DNA of 64,000 bases from Gaoshiqia hydrogeniformans (GCF_049347105.1 NZ_CP186334.1:3298575-3362574); one strand, 5' to 3'. Positions 1-11,139 are shown, counted from the stretch's first letter. Translations and numbers: made by a program. Notes: a model not told the origin generated them from the sequence alone.

Positions 1-801
1 TTTTCGTATGCGTTAAACGGCATGGTTTCATATAATACCAATAACATTGATTACATGGCTGAAGTGGCTCCCGCTCACGGTTATAATGCAAGAACAGGTC
101 GTCCGTTTGGCACCTTTATCGGACTTGTGGCAGATGGCTTCTATGATGTTACTGATTTTAATACTGACGGGTCATTGGTTGACGGAATTTCTACGCCGGC
201 TTTTGGCGCTGTTCAGCCAGGAGATATCAGGTACAAGGATCTTGACAATAACGGGATGGTCGATCAAAACGATGTCACTTCAATTGGAAAATCAATTTAT
301 CCGGAATGGACATATGCTTTCGGCGGCTCTGCCGAATTTAAAGGTTTCGATCTCAGTATTTTGTTTCAGGGAATTGCAGGCGCGTCAGTTAATTTGCTGG
401 ATAACTGGAACCAGACTGTGGCATTTGTAGATAACGGGAATGCTTATCCAATTGCCGGGGGCGCTTGGGCATATTACCCCGAAAAAAATATTGATACCCG
501 AAGTGCAGCCACTTATCCAAGGCTTACGACACAGAGTAACGCCAATAATTACCGAACGAGTTCATTCTGGATTAAAAACCGGGATTTCCTGAAAGTACGC
601 AATATTGAAGTAGGCTATAACTTTTCAAAAAACAAGAGCTTGAATCTGGATGGCATAAAAAATCTGCGAATTTATGTTAACGCCACAAACCCGTTCACTT
701 GGAGCAAATTGCTTGACGAATATAAAATGGATCCGGAAAGTATTTATGGCGGTTATCCATCGGTTAAATCTATTAATGCAGGCGTCACATTAACTTTCTA
801 A
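1..801 (+). CDS. SusC/RagA-family TonB-dependent outer membrane receptor, C-terminal part; the 5' end lies upstream of the window
   Basis: The open frame runs from the window start. The beta-barrel C-terminus ends in ...GVTLTF with a terminal aromatic residue. It is followed 20 bp later by a SusD-like lipoprotein gene. Confidence 0.85.
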   Translation, partial: FSYALNGMVSYNTNNIDYMAEVAPAHGYNARTGRPFGTFIGLVADGFYDVTDFNTDGSLVDGISTPAFGAVQPGDIRYKDLDNNGMVDQNDVTSIGKSIYPEWTYAFGGSAEFKGFDLSILFQGIAGASVNLLDNWNQTVAFVDNGNAYPIAGGAWAYYPEKNIDTRSAATYPRLTTQSNANNYRTSSFWIKNRDFLKVRNIEVGYNFSKNKSLNLDGIKNLRIYVNATNPFTWSKLLDEYKMDPESIYGGYPSVKSINAGVTLTF

Positions 802-820
802 CCATTAAACTGATAGAACT

Positions 821-2494
821 ATGAATTTAAAATATCTAAAAAGATCATTGTTCATTTTGGCAGGGCTGTCTATATTGTCCGGCTGCGACGAATTTTTGGA
901 TACAAGTTTGGATCGAAACCAAACAGCAGAAACCATAGCAACCAACCGGAGTACCCTGTGGAATTTTGGCAATGCATTTTATTCGCCAATAACTTACGGC
1001 TTCTCAATCATTGACGGTAATATTTTTGCGTCCGCATCCGATGAAGCCCAACAAACGGATGTTTCCTCCAATGTGGTCTATTTTAATAAAGGAATTATCA
1101 ATGAGAGCATTAACCCATTGTTTTACCTGTATCAGAATTATTATGAAGGAATTAGGGCGGCTAATTATTTCCTCGATTATGTGAAAGATGGAAAAGGCGA
1201 AGCGTTACTGGCGCTTAACCGAAATATTGAAACTGATATTTATTCTTATGAACGCGATGTTAACTCGTTGAACTGGTATATTGCGGAAGCTCATATTGCC
1301 CGTGCCTATTATTATGCAGAATTGATTAAAATGTATGGTGGTGTTCCTATTGTTGAAAAGACCATCGAGCAAGCAGGAGGTGAAAAAGTGACCCGATCGG
1401 ATTATGATGATGTCGTTGATTATATTGTTGATGAGATTGATACCTATAAAGGGCAATTGTCCGTCAACTGGAATGACTATGCCGACAGGAACGGACGTTT
1501 TACACTGGGCGTCGCCTTGGCAGTTAAGTCTCGGGTGTTACTTTATGCTGCCAGCCCTTTGCATAATACGAATGGCGATGTTGAGAAATGGAAAAAAGCG
1601 GCCAAGGCTGCTCACGACCTGATCGATAATGTAAACCTGAGTTATTCGCTTGCAGGCAATTACCGCGACTATTTTGTCGGGAGTAACCCGCTTATAAATA
1701 ATGAAACAATTTATGCTGTACGCAGGGCAAATTCAAATACGATGGAAGTAAATAATTATCCAATTGCAACAGCAGGCGGATATAGCGGAGTGACTCCTTC
1801 CCAAAACCTGGTTTCGGCATATGAATATATTGGCGTTCCTGATCCGGCTAACCCGTATGCAAACCGCGATCCAAGACTTGCTGCCTCTATCGTAACGAAT
1901 GGAAGCTCCTGGAATGGCCGGGTTATTGATCAAACTACAGGCGGCGCTGATGATATGTCGAACGCTAATGCCAGCCGTACCGGATATTATCTCAAAAAAT
2001 TCCTGACTGATGGTTTAAACTTGGTTCAGGGCCAGACAGCTCAACACAACTGGATTGCCTACCGTTATGGCGAGATATTGCTCAATTACGCAGAAGCAAT
2101 GAATGAAGCATATGGACCGACAGCCGTTCCGTCAGAGTTTACCATGTCGGCAAAGGATGCCCTTCAGCTTGTGCGGGATCGTGCAAGTGTGAACTTGCCT
2201 GCGATACCAGCAGATACGAAAGAAGATTTTCGTGCCGCAGTAAAACACGAACGTCGAATTGAGTTGGCTTTTGAAGATCATCGGTATTGGGACTTGCTCA
2301 GATGGAAAGATGCCGAACAAGTCCTTAATCAGCCAATTAAAGGGGTTAAAGTCATTAATAATGGTGGGAGTATCAGTTATCAGGAGTTTACAGTTACAGA
2401 ACGTAAATTTCAGCAAAGAAATTATTATCTGCCATTTCTTCGGTCTGAGATAGAAAACTCAAAAGGCACATTGACGCAAAATACAGGATATTAA
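821..2494 (+). CDS. SusD/RagB-family nutrient-binding outer membrane lipoprotein
   Basis: Lipoprotein signal (LAGLSILSGC). It is about 557 aa and sits immediately downstream of a SusC, which is the typical SusD position; the composition is TPR-like helical. Confidence 0.85.
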   Translation: MNLKYLKRSLFILAGLSILSGCDEFLDTSLDRNQTAETIATNRSTLWNFGNAFYSPITYGFSIIDGNIFASASDEAQQTDVSSNVVYFNKGIINESINPLFYLYQNYYEGIRAANYFLDYVKDGKGEALLALNRNIETDIYSYERDVNSLNWYIAEAHIARAYYYAELIKMYGGVPIVEKTIEQAGGEKVTRSDYDDVVDYIVDEIDTYKGQLSVNWNDYADRNGRFTLGVALAVKSRVLLYAASPLHNTNGDVEKWKKAAKAAHDLIDNVNLSYSLAGNYRDYFVGSNPLINNETIYAVRRANSNTMEVNNYPIATAGGYSGVTPSQNLVSAYEYIGVPDPANPYANRDPRLAASIVTNGSSWNGRVIDQTTGGADDMSNANASRTGYYLKKFLTDGLNLVQGQTAQHNWIAYRYGEILLNYAEAMNEAYGPTAVPSEFTMSAKDALQLVRDRASVNLPAIPADTKEDFRAAVKHERRIELAFEDHRYWDLLRWKDAEQVLNQPIKGVKVINNGGSISYQEFTVTERKFQQRNYYLPFLRSEIENSKGTLTQNTGY

Positions 2495-2517
2495 ATAAAA
2501 AAGAAAAAAAGATAGTT

Positions 2518-3066
2518 ATGAAAGTAAAAATAGTCTTGATGTTATTATTGATCCTTTCAATTTTTTCTGGTTGTCAGGAAGGTGACGGGGACCAGGATTA
2601 TGGATTCGCATACATTTACATGCCCCAGGCAATGGTTTCCGGTGGATTGACGAATTACTATAATGTGCCATCAGGTGGTGGCGAATACACGTACAATTTT
2701 AAAATTCAGGATGGACAGTTAAATGTGATCCTGGGAGTTTTACGCTCAGGAAAACTTGCTGATGAAGCATATCGTGTCGATATCAATGCATCTGAAACGT
2801 CTGCAGATGTATTATCTGCTGTTGGTGGGCTTGCACTGCCAACTGCGATCTATTCGTTGCCACAAAATGTGAATGTTCCTTCAGGTAAGAGCGGAGAAAC
2901 ATTCTATCTGTCACTTGATGCTGATGCGTTAATGTCTGAGGCTTATGACGGGCAAAAACTTGTATTGACCATCGGGATAAGTAATCCGACCAATTTTGAA
3001 TTAGCGGATGTGGGTACTTCTGTTGTGGTGATTATCGATGTTGATAATGTAAGAGAATTTATGTAG
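2518..3066 (+). CDS. PUL-associated surface lipoprotein of unknown function
   Basis: Lipoprotein signal (LSIFSGC) and a position directly after SusD, as for SusE/F-like accessory proteins. No recognisable catalytic motif. Confidence 0.5.
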   Translation: MKVKIVLMLLLILSIFSGCQEGDGDQDYGFAYIYMPQAMVSGGLTNYYNVPSGGGEYTYNFKIQDGQLNVILGVLRSGKLADEAYRVDINASETSADVLSAVGGLALPTAIYSLPQNVNVPSGKSGETFYLSLDADALMSEAYDGQKLVLTIGISNPTNFELADVGTSVVVIIDVDNVREFM

Positions 3067-3235
3067 TATAAAAAATAAATTAAAGGTTTTCCTAAAGGGG
3101 TATTTAGTGCCTGTTTTATGCAGTTGAGCTGAAGGCCTTTTAGGAGAATTCTTTTTTATAGATTCTAATTATCCATCAATCCGTTATAAACACGGAACTG
3201 TTGAATCTTTGTTTCTATATCAAAATGAATTTTGA

Positions 3236-4891
3236 ATGAAGAAAAGAGTTTTATTTATTTTTCTGATCGTTTTTGCGGCTTCAAGGTTGCAGGCTCAAAT
3301 CAATAAGGTGGAATTACTTTCAAAGAAAGTAGCTCAATATGATCGCGCTGATTTTTCAATAAGTTTAACCGGAACATGGGAAAACCCATATTTCCAGGAG
3401 CAGGTTGCACTCGATATGGCGCTTACTTCCCCAAGTGGAAAAGAATTGGCGCTGCCATGTTTTTATGTATCTGGTGAAAGTAGAAAAATGTCGCAGTGGG
3501 CGGCACGTTTTACCCCACAGGAGCCAGGGAAATATCAGTGCCAATTTCGTTTCAGTGAAAATGGGGAGGTCATAGATGTTTCAGACAAATTTTATTTCGA
3601 TTCGAAGCCTTCAAGACTGAAAGGCTTCCTCCACGTCAGGAACAATTGGATGCTTGAATTTGACAATGGTGTGCCTTTCAGAGGCGTAGCCTTAAACTTG
3701 TGTTGGGAATCGCGTACAAATGATGACTCAAAATTCTTCAAAGAATTGCACGAGAAACACGAAAAATACAACTACGATTATCTGGTTCCATTATTTGCCA
3801 GAAACGGGGGAAATTTTTGCCGGGTATGGATGTGTTCGTGGAATTTTCCGATCGACCGCAAAAACAATTTTAACAACCATCGGTATGTTTCGTCAGATGA
3901 GTATTTTAATCCAAGTGCAGTCGCAAAACTTGATCAGTTTGTTGAATTGTGTAAAAAAGAAAATGTGTACGTGATGCTTTGCATGGAGCAGGGCGATGTT
4001 CGGGCCGACCATAATTTCTTTGTTTCTGATGAGGCAAAAATCCGATATAAAAATCGGTTGCGCTACATTGTTGCCCGATGGGGGTACAGTCCCAATATTG
4101 CCATGTGGGAACTTTTTAACGAAATAGACAACATCCAATACCGGCAACAGGGGAAACCGATTCCTACGAAAGACATTGTGGCCTGGCATACCGAGATGAG
4201 TGAATATCTCCGGGAACTTGATCCTTTTCAGCACATCCGTACAACTTCAATTTCGCACCGCGATTTGGAAGGTTTGAATTCGATCCCCGGCATCGACATT
4301 AATCAGAAACACATCTACAAAAACACATCAGGTATTCCCGGAGAAATAGAGAAATATGAAAAAGAGTTTGGAAAACCTTACGTTATTGGCGAATTTGGTT
4401 ATGAATGGGACTGGTCAAAGAATTTCGACGAGTTTGCTGATGGGATGGACTTCGATTTCAAACGGGGCTTATGGTATGGTTTGTTCACTTCAACCCCGGT
4501 AAGCCCGATGAGTTGGTGGTGGGAATATTTTGAAGATCGTAATTTAATCCCGTATTTCCGAGGAGTACGCGAGATAAACGACCTGATGTTAAAATCAGGG
4601 AATAGCGATTTCAAAAAATTAAACGTTTATGCGGAAGGTCTGGAAACCTATGGGGTACAGTGCGGCGAAATGGTGTTTGTGTATGTGCTTAATCAATCGG
4701 ATGAAACGGTAACTTCTTCCATCCATATTGAAATGACCACGCCTGAAAAACTTAATCTAAAAAGTTTTCAGCCGTCTTCCCTTAAATCCGTTACTCAAAG
4801 AATCGTTGGTCAGTCAAATGGAGTTGTAGTTATAGGTAGTGGAAAAATAGATGCGAAGGAAGATTTGGTATTCATTTTATCAGGTAAATAA
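3236..4891 (+). CDS. secreted GH5-like (clan GH-A, DUF5060 + DUF4038-type) glycanase, putative endo-beta-mannanase
   Basis: Signal peptide. N-terminal beta-sandwich followed by a TIM-barrel region with the ELFNEID motif typical of GH-A acid/base catalysts. Lies in a mannan-type PUL. Confidence 0.55.
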   Translation: MKKRVLFIFLIVFAASRLQAQINKVELLSKKVAQYDRADFSISLTGTWENPYFQEQVALDMALTSPSGKELALPCFYVSGESRKMSQWAARFTPQEPGKYQCQFRFSENGEVIDVSDKFYFDSKPSRLKGFLHVRNNWMLEFDNGVPFRGVALNLCWESRTNDDSKFFKELHEKHEKYNYDYLVPLFARNGGNFCRVWMCSWNFPIDRKNNFNNHRYVSSDEYFNPSAVAKLDQFVELCKKENVYVMLCMEQGDVRADHNFFVSDEAKIRYKNRLRYIVARWGYSPNIAMWELFNEIDNIQYRQQGKPIPTKDIVAWHTEMSEYLRELDPFQHIRTTSISHRDLEGLNSIPGIDINQKHIYKNTSGIPGEIEKYEKEFGKPYVIGEFGYEWDWSKNFDEFADGMDFDFKRGLWYGLFTSTPVSPMSWWWEYFEDRNLIPYFRGVREINDLMLKSGNSDFKKLNVYAEGLETYGVQCGEMVFVYVLNQSDETVTSSIHIEMTTPEKLNLKSFQPSSLKSVTQRIVGQSNGVVVIGSGKIDAKEDLVFILSGK

Positions 4892-5069
4892 ATCGAGAGC
4901 CTTTTCAACGATCAGGTAAATGATCACGAGGTGAGAACGAATCAATCAGGAACCATATTGGATATTTTATGTCAAATTCTAATAATACCGAGAGCCGGGG
5001 TTATTCTAAAAGCTCATTTTTCGATTGGAATGTATTTATAAATGATAAAATAACATTAAAGTCAGGATA

Positions 5070-6371
5070 ATGAACCGTGTATTTTTGGCAGACCCGAAAA
5101 TGAAAGAGATGATTGAAAATGAAGGTGAAAAGAAGCTTACAAATTTAGGAACAACGAATATGGAATTTAAGAAAAGACTGCAAAATTTAGAAGATAGATA
5201 TCGGGCGGTTATCACTAAAAAGAATACGCCGGAAGAATTGTCGAACGGTATTTTTGTGCGCTATGAAAATCCGGTTCTGACAAGAGACCATGCTCCGGTT
5301 TTTTGGCGTTACGATTTGAATCCCGAAACCAACCCGATGTTGCTTGAACGCATTGGCATTAACGGGACATTCAATGCCGGGGCCATAAAATTCAACGGTG
5401 GATATATCCTGCTAGTGAGGGTGGAAGGTAATGACCGGAAATCATTCTTTGCAATTGCAGAAAGCCCTAATGGAATTGATAATTTCAAATTCTGGGACTT
5501 CCCAATAACATTATCTGAAAACGATGAACCAGATGTTAATGTTTACGATATGCGGTTGACTGAACATGAAGACGGATGGATTTATGGTATTTTTTGTACC
5601 GAACGCAAAGACCCCGATGCCCCTGTCGGCGATTTGTCTTCGGCTGTGGCGGCTGCGGGGATAGTCAGGACGAAAGATTTAAAAGAATGGGAACGTTTGC
5701 CCGACCTGAAATCGAAAAGTCAACAGCGGAACGTTGTGTTGCACCCCGAATTTGTTGATGGGAAATATGCGTTGTATACCCGTCCGCAAGACGGGTTTAT
5801 TGATGCTGGCAGTGGAGGGGGAGTTGGCTGGGCATTGGTTGACGATATGACCCATGCGGAAATAGAAAATGAGAAGATTATCAACTTTCGTCAGTATCAT
5901 ACCATCAAAGAGTTGAAAAATGGAGAAGGCCCTGCCCCGATCAAAACAGAAAAAGGGTGGCTTCATTTGGCCCATGGAGTCAGAGGTTGTGCTGCCGGGC
6001 TGAGGTATGTGCTTTATTTGTATATGACCGACCTGCAGGATCCATCGAAACAAATTGCCGAGCCCGCTGGATATTTTATCGCTCCCATGGGAGAAGAACG
6101 ACTCGGAGATGTATCGAATGTGTTGTTCTCGAACGGATGGATACTAGACGATGACGGCACCGTATTTATTTACTACGCTTCGTCGGATACCAGGATGCAC
6201 GTCGCAACTTCAACGATCGAAAAACTGGTCGACTATTGCCTGAACACTCCGGAAGATGGTTTGCGGTCTGCCACTTCGGTCGAAACACTTAAAAAGCAAA
6301 TTGAAAGAAATCTCGCATTAATTGCTGAAAAGGACGAAAAAAGGATTTCTTTGGAGATGAATTCCCATTGA
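5070..6371 (+). CDS. GH130 beta-1,4-mannoside phosphorylase (mannosylglucose phosphorylase-like)
   Basis: YENPVLT motif after an N-terminal helix, with a beta-propeller-like composition. It is encoded next to a GPH symporter and an AGE epimerase, as in the characterised Bacteroides mannan phosphorolytic module. Alternative starts exist at the internal Met 11 or Met 31. Confidence 0.7.
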   Translation: MNRVFLADPKMKEMIENEGEKKLTNLGTTNMEFKKRLQNLEDRYRAVITKKNTPEELSNGIFVRYENPVLTRDHAPVFWRYDLNPETNPMLLERIGINGTFNAGAIKFNGGYILLVRVEGNDRKSFFAIAESPNGIDNFKFWDFPITLSENDEPDVNVYDMRLTEHEDGWIYGIFCTERKDPDAPVGDLSSAVAAAGIVRTKDLKEWERLPDLKSKSQQRNVVLHPEFVDGKYALYTRPQDGFIDAGSGGGVGWALVDDMTHAEIENEKIINFRQYHTIKELKNGEGPAPIKTEKGWLHLAHGVRGCAAGLRYVLYLYMTDLQDPSKQIAEPAGYFIAPMGEERLGDVSNVLFSNGWILDDDGTVFIYYASSDTRMHVATSTIEKLVDYCLNTPEDGLRSATSVETLKKQIERNLALIAEKDEKRISLEMNSH

Positions 6372-6420
6372 TGTGGCGCTTTGCATAAGGGGAAATGAAA
6401 TAGGACAACAATTTTAAACT

Positions 6421-7797
6421 ATGACGAACGAAAAACTAAAGCTGAAAGAAAAGATCGGGTATGGATTTGGCGATGCCGCATCCTCGATGTTTTGGAAACT
6501 GTTTTCGATGTACCTGATGTTCTTTTATACCGACATATTCGGCATTTCCGCTGCTGTGGTCGGTACAATGTTCTTAATTACGCGTATCTGGGACGCCGCA
6601 TTCGATCCGGTAGTGGGAGTGATTGCCGACCGCACCAGTTCCCGATGGGGAAAATTCCGCCCGTTTTTGTTGTGGGGGGCTGTTCCCTTCGGAGCTGCCG
6701 GGGTTTTAACATTCACTACGCCTTCATTCGGCCCGTTGGGAAAGATCGTTTACGCCTACATCACCTATTCTATTATGATGATGTTGTATTCGCTGGTAAA
6801 TGTGCCATACGCATCGTTGCTTGGCGTAATGTCCGATGATGGAAAAGAACGCACGGCTTTATCATCGTACCGTATGGTTTTTGCTTTTGCCGGGAGCATT
6901 TTGGTTTTGGCCATGATCAATCCTTTGGTTGCGCTGTTTGGGGGAAACCATGCCGGACACGAATCACGGGCATGGCAGTTGTCGGTTATGGTGTTTGCCG
7001 TCATTGCGGCTGTTTTGTTTTATTTCACTTTTGCATGGACGAAAGAACGGGTAAGGCCGATCAAAGTCGACAGAGTCAGTTTGAAAAGCGATGTGAAAGA
7101 CTTGCTGGCCAACCGCCCCTGGTGGATTTTGCTTGGCTCGGGCATTGCAGCCCTCATTTTTAACTCGATCAGGGATGGAGCTGCTATCTACTATTTTAAA
7201 TACTTTGTGCAACGGCAGGATTTGGTTTCACTCTTTCTGGTGCTGGGGCAGGCTTCCAATATCATTGGGATTATTTTCGTTACCCCGTTGGCCAATCGTT
7301 TCGGGAAAAAGAGGACATACTTGTATGCAATGGCTATAGCCACAATGTTGAGTGTTGCTTTTTATTGGATGAATGCTGAAAATATAATCCTCATTATTGT
7401 GCTGCAATGTTTGATCAGCATCTGTGCCGGAAGTATTTTTCCTCTTTTATGGTCGATGTATGCCGACATTGCCGATTATTCAGAGTACAAAACAGGCCGC
7501 CGTGCAACCGGTTTGATCTTTTCTTCGTCGTCCATGTCGCAAAAATTCGGGTGGACGCTCGGTGGCGCGCTTACCGGGTGGCTCCTGGCCATTTATGGGT
7601 TCAAGGCGAATGTGGTGCAAACAGAAGAAGTGCAGTCGGGCATCCGGATGATGTTGAGTCTTTTTCCTGCAATAGGGACGATTCTTTCTGTTCTCTTTAT
7701 TTCTATCTATCCGCTGGATGAGCGCAAAATGGAAGAAATTACGGGGGCGTTGGCAGCCCAACGAGACGAAACTCCTCCACAAACAGTTACCGAATAA
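6421..7797 (+). CDS. MFS / glycoside-pentoside-hexuronide (GPH):cation symporter
   Basis: 12 predicted TM helices with the GPH signature region GYGFGDAASSMFW...DAAFDPVVG. Confidence 0.85.
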   Translation: MTNEKLKLKEKIGYGFGDAASSMFWKLFSMYLMFFYTDIFGISAAVVGTMFLITRIWDAAFDPVVGVIADRTSSRWGKFRPFLLWGAVPFGAAGVLTFTTPSFGPLGKIVYAYITYSIMMMLYSLVNVPYASLLGVMSDDGKERTALSSYRMVFAFAGSILVLAMINPLVALFGGNHAGHESRAWQLSVMVFAVIAAVLFYFTFAWTKERVRPIKVDRVSLKSDVKDLLANRPWWILLGSGIAALIFNSIRDGAAIYYFKYFVQRQDLVSLFLVLGQASNIIGIIFVTPLANRFGKKRTYLYAMAIATMLSVAFYWMNAENIILIIVLQCLISICAGSIFPLLWSMYADIADYSEYKTGRRATGLIFSSSSMSQKFGWTLGGALTGWLLAIYGFKANVVQTEEVQSGIRMMLSLFPAIGTILSVLFISIYPLDERKMEEITGALAAQRDETPPQTVTE

Positions 7798-9005
7798 TGC
7801 TAGGACAAATACTGAATAGCTTAAAAGACGAGATGAAACCTGATCTTGTCGACAATATCCTCCCATACTGGATGAACAGGATGCCTGATCGGAGTAATGG
7901 AGGTTTTTACGGACAAATAACCGGAGAAGAACAGATCATAGAGCAAGCAAACAAGGGCGGGATATTGAATGCCCGTATTCTCTGGAGTTTCTCAGCTACT
8001 TATAACGACCTGAAAAATCCGGAATATCTGGAGATGGCCAATCGCGCCTGCAATTATATCATCAATCATTTTTTTGATGAAAAACACGGTGGGACCTACT
8101 GGAGCCTCCGTTGCGACGGGCAGCCGCACGACACAAAAAAGCAGATATATTCGCAGTCTTTTTTTATTTACGCTCTGGCAGAATATTACCGCGCAACCCG
8201 ATTCAGTCAAAGCCTCGAAAAGGCTGTTGAGCTGTTTCATTTGATTGAAAAATTCAGCTTTGATAAAACCCGAAATGGTTATTTCGAGGCGTTCAGTCGT
8301 GAATGGCAGCCGCTTGAGGACCTCCGTTTGAGCGAAAAGGATGCCAATGAAAGCAAAACCATGAACACGCATTTGCACATTCTTGAAGCCTATACTAACC
8401 TGTATCGGGTATGGAAAGACAAAACGTTGGAAACTCAACTCGAAAACCTGGTTCGTTTGTTTCTCGACCGGATTGTGGATTCGGGAACTTTTCATCTGAA
8501 CTTGTTTTTTGACGATGACTGGACGTGCAAATCGAACATTATTTCCTATGGGCACGATATTGAGGCTTCGTGGCTGATTTACGAAGCAGCCGAGGTATTG
8601 GGTAAACGAGAATTACTGGAAAAAACAAAGTGGGTCTGCGAAAGGATCGTAAAGGCTTCGATGGAAGGTTTGCAGGACGACGGTAGCCTGATCTACGAAA
8701 AGGATTCAAAAACGGGGTATCTTGATGCCAACAGGCATTGGTGGGTTCAGGCAGAGGCGGTTGTCGGGTTCCTGAACATGTATGAGTTGACGCACGAAAA
8801 GGTTTATATTGAAAAAGCTTCAGCTTGCTGGCAGTATATCAAAAACAACCTGGTCGATCCCCGGAACGGGGAGTGGTTCTGGAGTATTTCCCGTGACGGC
8901 GTGGTTAATCGCAGAGACGACAAAGCCGGGTTTTGGAAATGCCCGTATCATAACTCTCGCACCTGTTTGGAAATAATTAAGAGGGTAGAAAGGTTGATCA
9001 AGTAA
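7797..9005 (+). CDS. N-acylglucosamine 2-epimerase (AGE) family protein, cellobiose/mannobiose 2-epimerase-like
   Basis: AGE-family alpha/alpha-barrel motifs. The start codon overlaps the symporter stop (TAATG), indicating translational coupling. Confidence 0.8.
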   Translation: MLGQILNSLKDEMKPDLVDNILPYWMNRMPDRSNGGFYGQITGEEQIIEQANKGGILNARILWSFSATYNDLKNPEYLEMANRACNYIINHFFDEKHGGTYWSLRCDGQPHDTKKQIYSQSFFIYALAEYYRATRFSQSLEKAVELFHLIEKFSFDKTRNGYFEAFSREWQPLEDLRLSEKDANESKTMNTHLHILEAYTNLYRVWKDKTLETQLENLVRLFLDRIVDSGTFHLNLFFDDDWTCKSNIISYGHDIEASWLIYEAAEVLGKRELLEKTKWVCERIVKASMEGLQDDGSLIYEKDSKTGYLDANRHWWVQAEAVVGFLNMYELTHEKVYIEKASACWQYIKNNLVDPRNGEWFWSISRDGVVNRRDDKAGFWKCPYHNSRTCLEIIKRVERLIK

Positions 9006-9087
9006 GCAGGGATGGAATTAATATCCGATGAGTTGATCCTCTTTGTCTTGCGTTTTTTGATACAGATGATAGGGACAGGTTTTTCCC

Positions 9088-9660
9088 TCACCTGTAAAAG
9101 TTCATCTCTTCGAGGTATTGATAGGCTTTGGGTGGAATGAAATGACGGATGTCTTTTCCGGCGGCAAGAGATTCCCGGATAAATGAGGCCGATATTTCCA
9201 TAAGCGGGGCGTTAACCAGCTGTATGTGCGGGTGAAAATCTTTTTCCTGTAAGCTACACCCGGGACGGGGATAGACCAAAATCCGGTAGTTGGCCAGAAT
9301 CTGGTCGTGGTTTTTCCATTTGTGAAAACTATCCAGGTTGTCGCCGCCCATGATCAGGAAAAACTCGTGCTTCGGGTGTTTTTCCTGTAAGTAGGCGAGC
9401 GTGTCGATGGTGTATGAAGGTTTCGGGAGCCGGAACTCGATGTCGGTCACGCGAAACCTAAAATCGTCGTGAATCGCGCGGTTTACCAATTCGAGCCGCT
9501 GGTAATCATCCAGCAGGTTCTTTTTGTTTTTATGAGGGCTGTGCGGCGAAACAACAAACCACACCTGATCAATTTCGGTGAACTCGACCATATAATTGGC
9601 AATGGCTAAATGGCCAATGTGAATGGGGTTGTATGTTCCGAAATAAAGTCCGACCTTCAT
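9088..9660 (-). CDS. nadD: nicotinate-nucleotide adenylyltransferase
   Basis: N-terminal GTYNPIHIGH (HxGH nucleotidyltransferase motif); 190 aa. Confidence 0.9.
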   Translation of the reverse strand: MKVGLYFGTYNPIHIGHLAIANYMVEFTEIDQVWFVVSPHSPHKNKKNLLDDYQRLELVNRAIHDDFRFRVTDIEFRLPKPSYTIDTLAYLQEKHPKHEFFLIMGGDNLDSFHKWKNHDQILANYRILVYPRPGCSLQEKDFHPHIQLVNAPLMEISASFIRESLAAGKDIRHFIPPKAYQYLEEMNFYR

Positions 9661-9685
9661 GGGAAAGGTGATTATTATTTGAAGT

Positions 9686-10252
9686 TTACTGCTGAATGAA
9701 ATCGGTCACCAGTTTATCGGCATTTGCCAGGGTAACCGCCAGCTCCTGGCTGATCAGGACGGTGTCGAAGTTCGGTGCAAAACTGAGTTCGTATTCGGAT
9801 TTTTGGAGCCGTTTCTCGATCACCTCGGGTGAATCGGTCGAACGCCCAACCAGGCGGTTACGCAGTTCTTCGATCGACGGCGGTTGGACAAATACCGCAA
9901 GGGCTTCATCTTTGTAGTATTTTTTGATGTTTATGCCGCCAATCACATCCACATCAAAAATAACATGCCGCCCCTTGTTCCGGATCCGGTCTACTTCCGA
10001 TTTGAGGGTTCCGTAGCAGATTCCGGGGTACACTTCTTCCCATTCCAGGAATTCATCGTTCGCAACCTTTTGTTTGAATTCTTCCGGACTTAGAAAGTAG
10101 TAGTCAACGCCGTGTGTTTCGGTGTGCCGTGGCGCCCTGCTGGTTGCCGAAATCGAAAATTCCAGGTTGAAATCCTGTTGCAGCAGGTGTTTTACAATGG
10201 TGGTTTTTCCTGCTCCCGACGGCGCTGAAAAAATGATTAACTTCCCTTTCAT
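9686..10252 (-). CDS. gmk: guanylate kinase
   Basis: P-loop SAPSGAGKTT; 188 aa, typical Gmk length. Confidence 0.9.
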   Translation of the reverse strand: MKGKLIIFSAPSGAGKTTIVKHLLQQDFNLEFSISATSRAPRHTETHGVDYYFLSPEEFKQKVANDEFLEWEEVYPGICYGTLKSEVDRIRNKGRHVIFDVDVIGGINIKKYYKDEALAVFVQPPSIEELRNRLVGRSTDSPEVIEKRLQKSEYELSFAPNFDTVLISQELAVTLANADKLVTDFIQQ

Positions 10253-10263
10253 TCCATGTGGGT

Positions 10264-11139
10264 TTACAAAACATTCAGTAATTGTTCCTTGATCCGTTCA
10301 AGAGAATCTTTCATTTGCACAACAATTCGCTGGATGTTGCTTTCGTTCGCTTTACTCCCGATGGTATTGATTTCCCGCCCGATTTCCTGAGCGATAAATC
10401 CCAGTTTCTTGCCAACATCCTGACTGCTCTCCAGCGTTTCCAGAAAATAGTCGCAATGGTTGATCAGCCGGACTTTTTCTTCATTCATATCCAGTTTTTC
10501 CAGGTAATAGATCAGTTCCTGTTCAAACCGGTTTTTGTCCATGTTCCCGTTGAGGTTGATTTCATTAAGCCCATCCAGAATGCGGGCTTTAACGTTTTCA
10601 ATGCGTTGCTCCTCAAATGGGGTAACTTGCGTTAATAATTGCTGGATATCGGCAATGTTGGCGCGAATATCGTTTTCGAGCGCTTTCCCTTCCTGTATCC
10701 TGAATTGATCCAGCGCCCGGATGACCGACCTGATCTGGGCAAAAATGTTTTCCCATTCCTGTTCATCCGGTTCTTCATAAACGGTTTTAACAGCGTCAGG
10801 AAGACGCATGACCGATTGCATGATCTTTTCGGAGACCGGCAGACCCAGGTTTTTCTGAATACTGCTTAGCTGGTTGAAATATGCCGTAACAATATTTTCA
10901 TTGATGACTGAGTTACTTTCAGTTCCCAGGTTTTCGATGTACAGCGAAAAATCAATTTTGCCCCGGAGAAGCTTCTCTGAAATTTCTTTTCGAATCACAA
11001 TGTCTTTTTCCCGGTAAAGCATAGGTAACCGCGAATTGATATCCAGTTGTTTACTGTTTAATGATTTCAATTCGAGCGTAATCTTCTTATTTCCGCTTTC
11101 AAATTCGGCTTTTCCATAGCCGGTCATCGATTTAATCAT
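10264..11139 (-). CDS. YicC-family stress-induced protein
   Basis: MTGYG N-terminus and a 291-aa YicC-like architecture; lies immediately upstream of gmk, which is the conserved yicC-gmk synteny. Confidence 0.85.
   Translation of the reverse strand: MIKSMTGYGKAEFESGNKKITLELKSLNSKQLDINSRLPMLYREKDIVIRKEISEKLLRGKIDFSLYIENLGTESNSVINENIVTAYFNQLSSIQKNLGLPVSEKIMQSVMRLPDAVKTVYEEPDEQEWENIFAQIRSVIRALDQFRIQEGKALENDIRANIADIQQLLTQVTPFEEQRIENVKARILDGLNEINLNGNMDKNRFEQELIYYLEKLDMNEEKVRLINHCDYFLETLESSQDVGKKLGFIAQEIGREINTIGSKANESNIQRIVVQMKDSLERIKEQLLNVL

Noticed and set aside
7992-8555. 187-aa minus-strand ORF antisense to the epimerase gene
   Set aside because: Shadow of the AGE-family gene.
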